Below, in pieces: positions 11,222 to 25,139 of a DNA stretch of 64,000 bases (the stretch's first letter is position 1; each line of letters opens with the position of its first letter). A program made the translations under genes and the position numbers. The notes below the pieces were generated by a model. That model worked only from the letters and a program-made list of their open reading frames with translations, was not told where the DNA came from and did not search any database. The DNA comes from Neoechinorhynchus agilis (lineage: Eukaryota > Animalia > Acanthocephala), in assembly GCA_051530055.1 (NCBI GenBank), contig CM121341.1:11448784-11512783 (forward strand), read 5' to 3'.

Positions 11222-14200
11222 ATGGAATGTAATGTCTCTTGGTACATGAAAGATCTTCTGAATACTTCACTTTAAATTCTTCGAGTTGATCGAAATCAAT
11301 TTTGTCCATACTAATTTTACTTGAAATCAATTATTGAGATTATTTGTATTGCTCAAAATGAAAATATATTCTTAGATTATGGATTGTAATGTCTCTTGGT
11401 ACATGGAAGATCTTCGGAATACTTCACTTTAAATTCTTCGAGTTGATCTAAATTAATTTTGTCCTACTAATTTTACTTGAAATCAATTATTGTGATTATT
11501 TGTATTGCTCAAAATGAAAATATATTCTTAGATTATGGATTGTAATGTCTCTTGGTACATGAAAGATCTTCTGAATACTTCACTTTAAATTCTTCGAGTT
11601 GATCGAAATCAATTTTGTCCTACTAATTTTACTTGAAATCAATTATTGAGATTATTTGTATTGCTCAAAATGAAAATATATTCTTAGATTATGGATTGTA
11701 ATGTCTCTTGGTACATGAAAGATCTTCTGAATACTTCACTTTAAATTCTTCGAGTTGATCTAAATTAATTTTGTCCTACTAATTTTACTTGAAATCAATT
11801 ATTGTGATTATTTGTATTGCTCAAAATGAAAATATATTCTTAGATTATGGATTGTAATGTCTCTTGGTACATGAAAGATCTTCTGAATACTTCACTTTAA
11901 ATTCTTCGAGTTGATCTAAATTAATTTTGTCCTACTAATTTTACTTGAAATCAATTATTGAGATTATTTGTATTGCTCAAAATGAAAATATATTCTTAGA
12001 TTATGGATTGTAATGTCTCTTGGTACATGAAAGATCTTCTGAATACTTCACTTTAAATTCTTCGAGTTGATCTAAATTAATTTTGTCCTACTAATTTTAC
12101 TTGAAATCAATTATTGTGATTATTTGTATTGCTCAAAATGAAAATATATTCTTAGATTATGGATTGTAATGTCTCTTGGTACATGAAAGATCTTCTGAAT
12201 ACTTCACTTTAAATTCTTCGAGTTGATCTAAATCAATTTTGTAATTTGTGCTCAAAATGAAAATATATTCTTAGATTGATTGTAATGATCTTTCTGAATA
12301 CTTCTGAATACTTCACTTTAAATTCTTCGAGTTGATCTAAATTAATTTTGTCCTACTAATTTTTTGAAATCAATTATTGATTATTTGTATTGCTCAAAAT
12401 GAAAATATATCTTAGATTATGGATTTAATGTCTCTTGGTACATGAAAGATCTTGAATACTTCACTTTAAATTCTTCGAGTTGATCTAAATTAATTTTGTC
12501 CTACTAATTTTACTTGAAATCTTCAAAATGATTATGGATTGTAATGTCTCTTGGTACATGAAAGATCTTCTGAATACTTCACTTTAAATTCTTCGAGTTG
12601 ATCTAAATTAATTTTGTCCTACTAATTTTACTTGAAATCAATTATTGAGATTATTTGTATTGCTCAAAATGAAAATATATTCTTAGATTATGGATTGTAA
12701 TGTCTCTTGGTACATGAAAGATCTTCTGAATACTTCACTTTAAATTCTTCGAGTTGATCTAAATTAATTTTGTCCTACTAATTTAACTTGAAATCAATTA
12801 TTGTGATTATTTGTATTGCTCAAAATGAAAATATATTCTTAGATTATGGATTGTAATGTCTCTTGGTACATGAAAGATCTTCTGAATACTTCACTTTCAA
12901 TTCTTCGAGTTGATCTAAATTAATTTTGTCCTACTAATTTTACTTGAAATCAATTATTGAGATTATCTGTATTGCTCAAAATGAAAATATATTCTTAGAT
13001 TATGGATTGTAATGTCTCTCGGTACATGGAAGATCTTCTGAATACTTCACTTTCAATTCTTCGAGTTGATCTAAATTAATTTTGTCCTACTAATTTTACT
13101 TGAAATCAATTATTGAGATTATCTGTATTGCTCAAAATGAAAATATATTCTTAGATTATGGATTGTAATGTCTCTTGGTACATAAAAAATCTTCTGAATA
13201 CTTCACTTTAAATTCTTCGAGTTGATCTAAATTAATTTTGTCCTACTAATTTTACTTGAAATCAATAATTGAGATTATTTGTATTGCTCAAAATGAAAAT
13301 ATAATCTTAGATTATGGATTGTAATGTCTCTTGGTACATGAAAGATCTTCTGAATACTTCACTTTAAATTCTTCGAGTTGATCTAAATTAATTTTGTCCT
13401 CCTAATTTAACTTGAAATCAATTATTGTGATTATTTGTATTGCTCAAAATGAAAATATATTCTTAGATTATGGATTGTAATGTCTCTTAGTACATGAAAG
13501 ATCTTCTGAATAGTACACTTTAAATTCTTCGAGTTGATCTAAATTAATTTTGTCCTACTAATTTTACTTGAAATCAATTATTGTGATTATTTGTATTGCT
13601 CAAAATGAAAATATAATCCTAGATTATGGATTGTAATGTCTCTTGGTACATGAAAGATCTTCTGAATACTTCACTTTAAATTCTTCGAGTTGATCTAAAT
13701 TAATTTTGTCCTACTAATTTTTCTTGAAATCAATTATTGTGATTATTTGCATTGCTCAAAATGAAAATATATTCTTAGATTATGGATTGTAATGTCTCTT
13801 GGTACATGAAAGATCTTCTGAATACTTCACTTTAAATTCTTCGAGTTGATCTAAATTAATTTTGTCCTACTAATTTTACTCTAAATCAATTATTGTGGTT
13901 ATTTATATTGCTCAAAATGAAAATATAATCTTAGATTATGGATTGTAATGTCTCTTGGTACATGAAAGATCTTCTGAATACTTCACTTTCAATTCTTCGA
14001 GTTGATCTAAATTAATTTTGTCCTCCTAATTTAACTTGAAATCAATTATTGTGATTATTTGTATTGCTCAAAATGAAAATATATTCTTAGATTATGGATT
14101 GTAATGTCTCTTGGTACATGAAAGATCTTCTGAATACTTCACTTTAAATTCTTCGAGTTGATCGAAATCAATTTTGTCCTACTAATTTTACTTGAAATCA

Positions 14201-17200
14201 ATTATTGTGGTTATTTGTATTGCTCAAAATTAAAATATATTCTTAGATTATTGATTGTAATGTCTCTTGGTACATGAAAGATCTTCTGAATACTTCACTT
14301 TAAATTCTTCGAGTTGATCTAAATTAATTTTGTCCTACTAATTTTTATTGAAATCAATTATTGCGGTTATTTGTATTGCTCAAAATGAAAATATATTCTT
14401 AGATTATGGATTGTAATGTCTCTTGGTGCATGAAAGATCTTCTGAATACTTCACTTTAAATTCTTCGAGTTGATCGAAATCAATTTGTTCTACTAATTTT
14501 ACTTGAGCTCAATTATTGAGATTATTTGTATTGCTCAAAATGAAAATATATTCTTAGATTATGGATTGTAATGTCTCTTGGTACATGAAAGATCTTCTGA
14601 ATACTTCACTTTAAATTCTTCGAGTTGATCTAAATTAATTTTGTCCTACTAATTTTACTTGAAATCAATTATTGTGATTATTTCTATTGCTCAAAATGAA
14701 AATATATTCTTAGATTATGGATTGTAATGTCTCTTGGTGCATGAAAGATCTTCTGAATACTTCACTTTAAATTCTTCGAGTTGATCGAAATCAATTTGTT
14801 CTACTAATTTTACTTGAGCTCAATTATTGAGATTATTTATACATTGCTCAAAATGAAAATATATTCTTAGATTATGGATTGTAATGTCTCTTGGTACATG
14901 AAAGATCTTATGAATACTTCACTTTAAATTCTTCGAGTTGATCTAAATTAATTTTGTCCTACTAATTTTACTTGAAATCAATTATTGTGATTATTTGTAT
15001 TGCTCAAAATGAAAATATAATCTTAGATTATGGATTGTAATGTCTCTTGGTACATGAAAGATCTTCTGAATACTTCATTTTCAATTCTTCGAGTCGATCT
15101 AAATTAATTTTGTCCTACTTATTTTACTTGAAATCAATTATTGTGATTATTTGTATTGCTCAAAATTAAAATATAATCTTAGATTATGGATTGTAATGTC
15201 TCTTGGTACATGAAAGATCTTCTGAATACTTCACTTTAAATTCTTCGAGTTGATCGAAATCAATTTTGTTGTACTAATTTTACTTGAGCTCAATTATTGA
15301 GATTATTTGTATTGCTCAAAATGAAAATATATTCTTAGATTATGGATTGTAATGTCTCTTGGTACATGAAAGATCTTCTGAATACTTCACTTTAAATTCT
15401 TCGAGATGATCGAAATCAATTTTGTTCTACCAATTTTACTTGAGCTCAATTATTGAGATTATTTGTATTGCTCAAAATGAAAATATATTCTTAGATTATG
15501 GATTGTAATGTCTCTTGGTACATGAAAGATCTTCTGAATACTTCACTTTAAATTCTTCGAGTTGATCTAAATTAATTTTGTCCTACTAATTTTACTTGAA
15601 TCAATTATTGTGATTATTTGTATTGCTCAAAATGAAAATATAATCTTAGATTATGGATTGTAATGTCTCTTGGTACATGAAAGATCTTCTGAATACTTCA
15701 CTTTCAATTCTTCGAGTTGATCTAAATTAATTTTGTCCTACTAATTTAACTTGAAATCAATTATTGTGATTATTTGTATTGCTCAAAATGAAAATATATT
15801 CTTAGATTATGGATTGTAATGTCTTTTGGTACATGAAAGATTTTCGGAATACTTCACTTTAAATTCTTCGAGTTGATCTAAATTAATTTTGTCCTACTAA
15901 TTTTACTTGAGCTCAATTATTGAGATTATTTGTATTGCTCAAAATTAAAATATAATCTTAGATTATGGATTGTAATGTCTCTTGGTACATGAAAGATCTT
16001 CTGAATACTTCACTTTCAATTCTTCGAGTTGATCTAAATTAATTTTGTCCTACTAATTTAACTTGAAATCAATTATTGTGATTATTTGTATTGCTCAAAA
16101 TGAAAATATATTCTTAGATTATGGATTGTAATGTCTCTTGGTACATGAAGGATCTTCTGAATACTTCACTTTAAATTCTTCGAGTTTATCGAAATCAATT
16201 TGTTCTACTAATTTTACTTGAAATCAATTATTGAGATTATTTGTATTGCTCAAAATGAAAATATAATCTTAGATTATGGATTGTAATGTCTCTTGGTACA
16301 TGAAAGATCTTCTGAATACTTCACTTTCAATTCTTCGAGTTGATCTAAATTAATTTTGTCCTACTAATTTAACTTGAAATCAATTATTATGATTATTTGT
16401 ATTGCTCAAAATGAAAATATATTCTTAGATTATGGATTGTAATGTCTCTCGGTACATGAAAGATTTTCGGAATACTTCACTTTAAATTCTTCGAGTTGAT
16501 CTAAATTAATTTTGTCCTACTAATTTAACTTGAAATCAATTATTGTGATTATTTGTATTGCTCAAAATGAAAATATATTCTTAGATTATGGATTGTAATG
16601 TCTCTTGGTGCATGAAAGATCTTCTGAATACTTCACTTTAAATTCTTCGAGTTGATCGAAATCAATTTTGTACTACTAATTTTACTTGAAATCAATTATT
16701 GAGATTATTTGTATTGCTCAAAATGAAAATATATTCTTAGATTATGGATTGTAATGTCCCTTGGTACATGGAAGATCTTCTGAATACTTCACTTTCAATT
16801 CTTCGAGTTGATCTAAATTAATTTTGTCCTACTAATTTAACTTGAAATCAATTATTGTGATTATTTGTATTGCTAAAAATGAAAATATATTCTTAGATTA
16901 TGGATTGTAATGTCTCTCGGTACATGAAAGATTTTCGGAATACTTCACTTTAAATTCTTCGAGTTGATCTAAATTAATTTTGTCCTACTAATTTTACTTG
17001 AAATCAATTATTGAGATTATTTGTATTGCTCAAAATGAAAATATATTCTTAGATTATGGATTGTAATGTCCCTTGGTACATGGAAGATCTTCTGAATACT
17101 TCACTTTCAATTCTTCGAGTTGATCTAAATTAATTTTGTCCTACTAATTTAACTTGAAATCAATTATTGTGATTATTTGTATTGCTCAAAATGAAAATAT

Positions 17201-17357
17201 AATCTTAGATTATGGATTGTAATGTCTCTCGGTACATGAAAGATTTTCAAAATACTTCACTTTAAATTCTTCGAGTTGATCTAAATTAATTTTGTCCTAC
17301 TAATTTTACTTGAAATCAATTATTGAGATTATCTGTATTGCTCAAAATGAAAATATT
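11222..17357. repeat. Tandem satellite, 156-bp unit, about 39-40 copies
   Basis: The unit ggattgtaatgtctcttggtacatgaaagatcttctgaatacttcac...cttagattat recurs at 11381, 11537 and onward (156-bp period). It is AT-rich with scattered point variants. Confidence 0.98.
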
Positions 17358-20306
17358 TTCAGCTTATACTTTGTTATAAAAATCCAAATTAAGTTGTTTG
17401 TTTCGTTAACAAAGATGAAAATTTCTTGGCAACATTTTTTTACCTATGAAGTTTTGCAAGATTGTCGATTTTTCTACATTCTTATCGGATTAATTGATTA
17501 ATGAAAGAATTCCAGATGCTATAAAATATTGTAATTGCATAATGTTAAAATTCCTGGAAATTCCCATTTTTGTTTCGAGGTAACGGGGGATAGAGATGTT
17601 CATTCGTTCTCACCGGAACTTTTATAAATTTTTGCATGTTCCCTAGATAATTTTAAGTCATACCAAAAAGATCAAAATAAATCTTTATGAAGTTCAATGT
17701 GTGATTTTTCGAACTAATAAACAATAATGTAGGTCGCATCCGTCATTCTGCATTACTTCTTAAATGTTCCTTAAGTAGGAATATCAAAACTTAGCTTTTG
17801 CGACTTTTACTACAAGAGCTGACTGTTTAGGATCTTATGCTCACTTTCTCATGTCAATATAACCAATACTAAAAATTTTAATTTCGAACCGCGGCGATTG
17901 ATTATTTCGAGATGTTTCTCGCTTCTGCTTTTATTTCTTAATAAATACATCGCATAGGCGACTTTATGAAGCAACTGGACAAACTGAATGGCGTATTTGA
18001 CTGTAAGAATGCTTAATAAAAGTCTAATCGCGCACAGATTGTAGTTTGTAAGATACAAACTGGTTGGTGTTGAAGTTTAGTTTCCCTAGGTGGACCATTT
18101 GACCAATTCAGTTTTAAATCGATACGAAATTGGGCCATAAGTCATGACGTTTGGCGATTAAGTCTTTAAGCGGGACTAGTTTTATCGTTTCGCTTAATTG
18201 CTGACACCCCTAATGGCCCAAAAGTGAAGAAAACTTTATGCTAGTTGATTGAATTGGTTGCTAATGAACCAGTGAACATATTTTTGGATCAGATCGTCTT
18301 TCAAAGAAATAGAATGGACAAAAGCTGAGTTTTATTGTTTATTTTGCCTCCATAAACATCACGGCGTAATTTCTGGGATGTAACATGTTTGTGAATCTAA
18401 GACCTCTGTTTGGTTCCCTCTTTGCACTTATTGTTTTAGCGAGTAAAGATTTCCCTAATGAGGCGCTCGAAAAGCTTATTATTTCACTCCCCTTTCTTCA
18501 AACCAGAACACATACTCGAAACTATAATTGGAATCTCAAACACCATCTCCTTTTGATGTCACTTCATGCTTATGACTAATACAAACAATATTCTTATCAA
18601 ATTTAGTCATTCTTGTTGCCAATTTTACACTTTTGTAAGATAATGGGAAGTTTCATTTTTAGTACAGGGTGACTCCATGTCCAGAATAGACTCTTTGTCT
18701 GTTAGGAATAAAAAGCGTGAACGGTTTCCTGCAAAAACTATAGACGAGAAATTCTGTTTAAATGGCCAATATTTTTTACTGGCTTTTCTATGTAAATGTG
18801 TGTTTGTTTCGACTTTATTTTCGATGGAATCTATGATACTTTACGGCTGAATGAATCTCGATCTACAATTACGATGCTTTTCTATGGATAGGAGATATCT
18901 GTGAATCGAATAAAGGTTTATGAATTTTTCGCCCATTCAAAACACTCGACATTTAATAATCAGAAAAGATACAGCGGCGTGTAAGATGTTTACGAGAATT
19001 TAAGTGCTAATTGCTTGAATATTTAATGAATAATTTGACGGAATTTGTCAATTAATGATTTTTTGTTTTCGGTGATCCACCCAATGTACCACTTATCCAA
19101 AATAATGATTATTCAGGTTCCCAGAAACAACGAGGTGTTTTTAGAAAACGTTGTCCATTCAAAGAAAAGGAATGAAACGCCTTAACCACCATTAATTCAC
19201 TGTTACAAGCCCGTGGTCATTTTTGGATTGTGGACAATAACTTAACTGTGTAGAACAAATAGTTGCTAAGTTAGAATTTCTTAATCCTTTTTCCATTTGA
19301 GGCGATTATATATGGAAGGATCAATAAAGAATTTGCAACATTTTTAAGGAGTAAAACTTATATGAATAAAATTGACATTTTTAACTAACAGGGCATTTTA
19401 TTCGTATGATAACGGATTTTTTAAATACTCAAAACCCATACAAAATCCCTGATAATGCACAGGTTAGGTATCCTGCTGAACAGTTTCTAAAACGCCTCCA
19501 AAAATTGTCTAAAAACACAACGCCTTCAATCGAGGGAAATCAATATCTTGCTATCATTTATAATCTTATGGGAATAGTGAGAGCGTCAGACTCGCTTGAC
19601 ATTCCGATTACATGGTGCCTCAACAATTCAGCATTGTGGTAGATGTCGCCGTCTCCGAAACTCATCGTCTCTCTCAACGGGTTTTGCATTCCGAAAAGTT
19701 TTGCTTTTGCTCCTACCTTCGCCCCCAGAGTTCGATTTTGAGTTCTTTTAAAATCATCAATGCTTAATCGTAATGTTTTCAATAAGCTCACTGCATAGGT
19801 AAAGGCATAGGTATGTTTCCTTTTGGATTTGTATTGAGTATTCCTTTGTTTTGGATGTTGGCATACTCTTGGGAAAATCCTGATTGCGAATTTAGAGTAT
19901 TATGACTGTAAGACGGGTTTTATGCAAGTTGCGAACGCAATCCTTACAACTTTCCTTCTATGTTGTTACTCAGCTAAAATAGTTAAGCATATGCGCAAAT
20001 TATGATCATTTAAAAATAATTTGAGTAGTTAAACGCACCACTTAGAACTCATAGAAAACCGTAGACATTTAACTCTTAAACAACTTTCATTTTGAGTGGT
20101 TATTTGGAATCGTTCACATTTTTCTTCAATCTCATAATAGCTTTAAATGTCATCTTTAAAAATGAGATGACCAAAATTGTACTGGAGATGTCTTCGTCCA
20201 AAATAAGAATTCGATCGATTTAGCGTTCCCTTAGATACCCATACGAATATTCATGCTTCCTATTTTTGTTATTCAGAACTCTTTTTAAAACGTCCGATTT
20301 CAGATA

Positions 20307-22347
20307 ATGGCCTTGGTAACCATCCAACGTACCTCAGTACTCAGCCTTCCTCCACTTGACGACGCTTCTCGAGCTCCGTCCGCATCAATGCTGGCGGCAT
20401 CAGACAACATATGGAAGCGGTGCCGCCGCGTTCAAAGTATCATCACAGAGAGTTACTTCGTGGTACGTGGAGCAGCTCTAATTCTCAGAAAAAAGGATTG
20501 TTACCTCAGTAAACACCAATCATCGCATTTACGTTCAGCCGACGACATGCGTGAACATCTTGAAGCCATGTTCAATCTCATTCATCCAATGGATACCGTC
20601 AGTCTCGCAGTTCGTGTCGAATCCTCAACTGCATCTCATGTCCGTTACGCGTTAATCATAAACCGAGTCGACAGGTTGGACACCGAGGAAGCTGGCGTTT
20701 TAGGAATTGACATAGTCAATGGTCGTGCGTCTGTGGGCCTCATTATGCCCGTATTTGCAGACTTAAATATTAAATTAAGTGGCGACGGAGGTTTAAAACT
20801 GTTTTCAAACGATGAACAACATTCGATCAAGCCAGTTACTGTCCAAGCGATGTGGTCGGCTTTTCAAAACTTGAACCGAGCTAGCGGACAGGCACGACTT
20901 TATAATTACTATCCGAATGGAATATCCCATACATGGCTCCATGTATACCGATCGCCACATCTCACGTCCGATCAAGTATTTGTTAACGAATGGAATATCC
21001 TTGAAGATGTTCTCTATCACCGTCAAGAATCTTTGTCTCACTACATCGATTGCGATGAACTCCATAAAAATGGACTGCTTGACACCATTCGTCATCGCCT
21101 TCGTGAAATCATGACCACTGTCGATCTGGACGATGTAACCAGCAAGTATTTAAGAGAACGGCTCGAGCAAGAACTTGATCAGGACTTGTCTCGGTATGGA
21201 AAATTCATAGACGATGTTATTCTTCAGGTTTTCGCCCATCTCGACGCTGCTTCTCAGATTGAGCCATGGCTTTATTTGGGATCAGAGTGGAACGCTTCTA
21301 ACTATGAAGAACTTAAAGCTCGTAATGTAGGTTACATTCTTAATGTTTCTCGGGAAATTGATAATTTTTACCCTGCTGATTTTGTTTACTTGAACATTCG
21401 AGTTAGAGATGACGAGCAAACTGAACTTATCCGAGAATGGAATAAAACTTTCCGATTTATTAAAGATGCACGTAGTCATGGAATGTCTTGCCTGGTTCAT
21501 TGTAAGATGGGAATAAGTCGATCTGCTGCAACTGTAATCGCTTTTCTTATGAAAGAGAATGAGATGAACTTGAACGTCGCGTTAAATCATGTATGCAGAA
21601 TTCTTTTTCTGTTGGCTGGGTAGCACAAGAAAAAGGGATTTATTAAAAGGAAGGAGGTCTTGTGTGAGACCAAATGACGGATTTATGGATCAATTAAAAG
21701 TCTACGAAGGCATATTGTTGGCTAATCGAGTTAGCCGCTTTCTGTTTCCTGACTACCGATCTGGAATTCATTTCCATACCTATTTCGATTGGTCAGCACG
21801 TCTAGGTCTCGAAGATACCTTTGACAGATTTTCTCAGAAAGTCAATCAAATTGAACCATTATCGGCTGACCACGAAAATGAATCCATAGATGGTGCTCAG
21901 TATGTCTTTAAAAGGTTTATGAATAGTTTGTTCGACGATCAACAAATACAATCCACAGCAAGCACCCTTCCGTCGAACGAGGAAGGTCCGGTGGTTGGAC
22001 GTAGGACTTTGGTGCCCCGCGTGACCAAACCCGACTCATTTTGGATCCGTTCATGTCGAAGCACAGAGCGAACCATGTCTGATTCGGATATCTCAGGTCA
22101 TAACTCGGTTGGACCTGCGAATTCTAAATCTGTCATTCGGTATTCAGGAGAAGTGAGGCGACGCGTGAATGACCTTGAAGCGAGGACGCGTGATGGAAGT
22201 GATTCTCAAAGAGATGAGGGAGGCATCAGTGCGGTTTCTTGTGTGGAATTGAACAGTATTAATCGAATTCAAAGTTTGGTTAAGCTTTACTCGAATGAAG
22301 AAAGATCAGAGCGGAGACTTGAGACGAGTGCAATGGCTGCGAGATGA
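20307..22347 (+). CDS. SSH: Slingshot protein phosphatase (SSH-N, DEK-C-like and dual-specificity phosphatase domains)
   Basis: MALVTIQRTS start, ESYFVVRGAAL, YLGSEWNASN, catalytic VHCKMGISRSAATVIAF and downstream RRSCVRPNDGFMDQLKVYEGIL. There is one frame change near 21580-21650, presumed to be an intron with an uncertain junction. Confidence 0.92.
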
Positions 22348-25139
22348 ATTTGATTGTACACATTTGTGAGTTTGTAAAACAAAGATTAGTTCTCGCTTTT
22401 TACGTTTGGAAAATTAATACAAACATCAGCGGATGCGATCATTTGTGAGATTATAAATAAAATAATATTTTCGTTGATCCATATCTCCAGGTGAGTCCGG
22501 ACATATTGACAAAGCGTATAGAATTACAGTAGCTTCTCACTGTCATAAAGAAAACAAACTGGAGGCATGCATTCGATTGAAGTCATTGACAGTTGTATTA
22601 AATCACCGTGCTAAGAAGAGTCGCTGTAGCACCAGTAGCGATGATCGAATGACTTTATCTGATTCGGCAACCCACCCAGGCATCCGGCAATTAATTTTAT
22701 TGCATCTTGAAAACACTTGTGATGAGATAAATACTTTCATTTATCGACTTTCTTTACGAATGCTTAAAGGATTTAGAGTCTGGATACAAATATATCTCAA
22801 CAACGTTGAAATTATTTTCGAATTTAAAGTCAGGAGTGCTTAAGACGCTTTCTAAATTCGATTTACGACTTCAATGTTGTAAATATGTTTGCGAAATGTG
22901 ATTAATTATAAAAGTTGGGCAAGTTAGTATCTTTTGTTGTCCATTTATAACAGCCCCATATATTAATATTAAATCTATGGAACTATCATCAATTGTCGAC
23001 TACTTTCTAATTCGTATTTTCTGCACTCTAACCTATGCTACTTTAAAATAAAGCTAGGAAAATGCAAGTTTTATAAGAAATCAACAAGTGAAGGCAAATC
23101 CAGCAATTAAAATTCTTTATTTAGATAAAAAAATCAACTTGTTTTAATACCTTAGAACTTCTTTTTCTTTTCGGATGCCATATATCACCACTACTAAAAA
23201 ATAGTTTTCTCCCTGTTTTCGGGAATTCAACTTTGTAATGTGTTGACTCAAATTTTTAGCTGGTTTTAGTTTAAATGGACAGCTGAATTACTTAAAGAGT
23301 TCGCTTACAACAGCCGTAATTTACTCAGAATTGGTTCTACTTCCATTTTGGAATTGGGACATTCGAAACATTTGACAGCTCGAATAAGTCTCACCCAGCA
23401 AGGAAGCTGTACAGCTGCTCAAAGAAATGGCCGCAGACTAATGGATACTTCGTTTCGTCATACGACGCACATCAAGCATCTTAGACAACAGATTCGAAGA
23501 GAATTGAGCTCCAGAAGATGTGCTTTGTTAGTAATTGAAATCATGAAGCTATATTTTGTCCAGTAAACCGGGAGGGCAATCTCTTTAGGCAACGCTTCTA
23601 ACAATCTTAGTGCATCAAGCCTGTATCCCATAACAACCTTGAGTGTGCATCCACCTTGTGGGTTTCTTTTATGGCTCTCCAGGGAAGCGGAAATCGCTAA
23701 TGACTAGGCAAGATCCTATTATTTTGTTTCCTTCGGCTACAAAACATGCGGAAATCATTTTACACTAAAATTCAGCGGAACTATTTTCTGCCAACGAGAT
23801 TAATTTTAAAACGCAACTATTAAAATTCCGGAGAACTTTGTGTTGCATTACACTCTCCAATTTTAATAGAGGAAGTCACCTTTTTTCTTAGTTTCGTACT
23901 GAATTACCGCCCATTCTGAAATGCCCATTCAGCCTTTTTTTATTGCTTTTTACACCAATTAGGTATAAAATTTTATCTAAACTTTGCAATGGGATTATTT
24001 ATGAGCTGATAGCAGCCAATTAAACTTACCGGCCCATTATAATAGCGAGCATATATTTTGGTGGAAATATCATTTTGGATAACGAACAGCGAATGAGCCA
24101 TCTTTGGCGAAAAAGCTGAAACGTTACGCAACTTGCTAATAGCAATTCATTAACCCTCTGAATGGATCCAATTATGAACATTTCATTTGTATAAGTAGTG
24201 TATGGTTTAAGAATTCCAGTACTTTTGTCTTTAAAATGTAATGTAGTGAGAACCAAAAGTTCTCTTTTAAAAGTGTAATTAAATTTAATACAGAGGGCAA
24301 TCTGAATGGCTTCACTCAAGCGTATTTGCAATTCGCGATTCAAGTACACTTGAGACGCGATTCCATTAAAGCCGGAAAAGCGTTGGAAACTCGAGAGCAA
24401 ACTTTTGTAGGTCGTTGCCTACTCCAAAATATCTCTTGCGTGAGAACTAAAACAATTATCAATTAATACGCTAGAGAGTATAAAGGATGGCCGTTCTAGT
24501 TGTTTGTATCGCAGATCTATCGATCATTGATCCGTAATTAATTTTCACACCGCCGGAGTTTACAAGTTAGGAAACGAACCTTATTGGTAATTAATGTTCA
24601 ATCAGGCGCTGCGCAACAAATGAGATTTTATCTATTTAATTTTTACACTATTTGCAGGAGTGAAATCGGGATTTTATATGCCACACTAACAATACACAAA
24701 CCAAAAGATAAGATGATAACTGGTGTCGGCTTTTCGCGCAATATTTTTCGTGGATAGATTAATAATTATACCAAGTGAGTAGGTTTTTTTTGGAAATTCG
24801 CTGATTGAAATTTTCAGCTACCACGTTAAAAAAATATTTTAGAATTTGACGCCGTTTACTTTTTTCATGAGATATTTCGATCTTTTTTATTTATCTCATT
24901 AAATTGAAAAAAACAAGATCTTGTTTAAAAAATTATAATGAAATGTTTAACTTTCTGTTGGTAGTTTTGCCATCCCGGATTTAAGTTTTCTAATTTCTTA
25001 CCCCGATATTTCGTCTGATTAGCAAACAAAAAATACGAATATAATTTTTAAATCTTTAAATACGAAAATTTTAATTAATTACTCGGATGTTTAGTCAATT
25101 TGTTGTTGCTTTAAATTTTTCTTCTAATTATTGTTAAAA

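Noticed and set aside
11222-17357. CRISPR-like array
   Set aside because: Units are fully repeated with no unique spacers, and the context is eukaryotic; it is a satellite.
17310-17501. 63-aa ORF
   Set aside because: Begins in the last satellite unit with a non-ATG start.
19400-19900. GC-richer patch with 77-78 aa ORFs on both strands
   Set aside because: No motif or splice structure recognised; may be a decayed element but is unassignable.
23300-24400. Short ORFs, including a 124-aa minus-strand ORF and a PQTNG integrase-like word
   Set aside because: Non-ATG starts and isolated weak motifs only.
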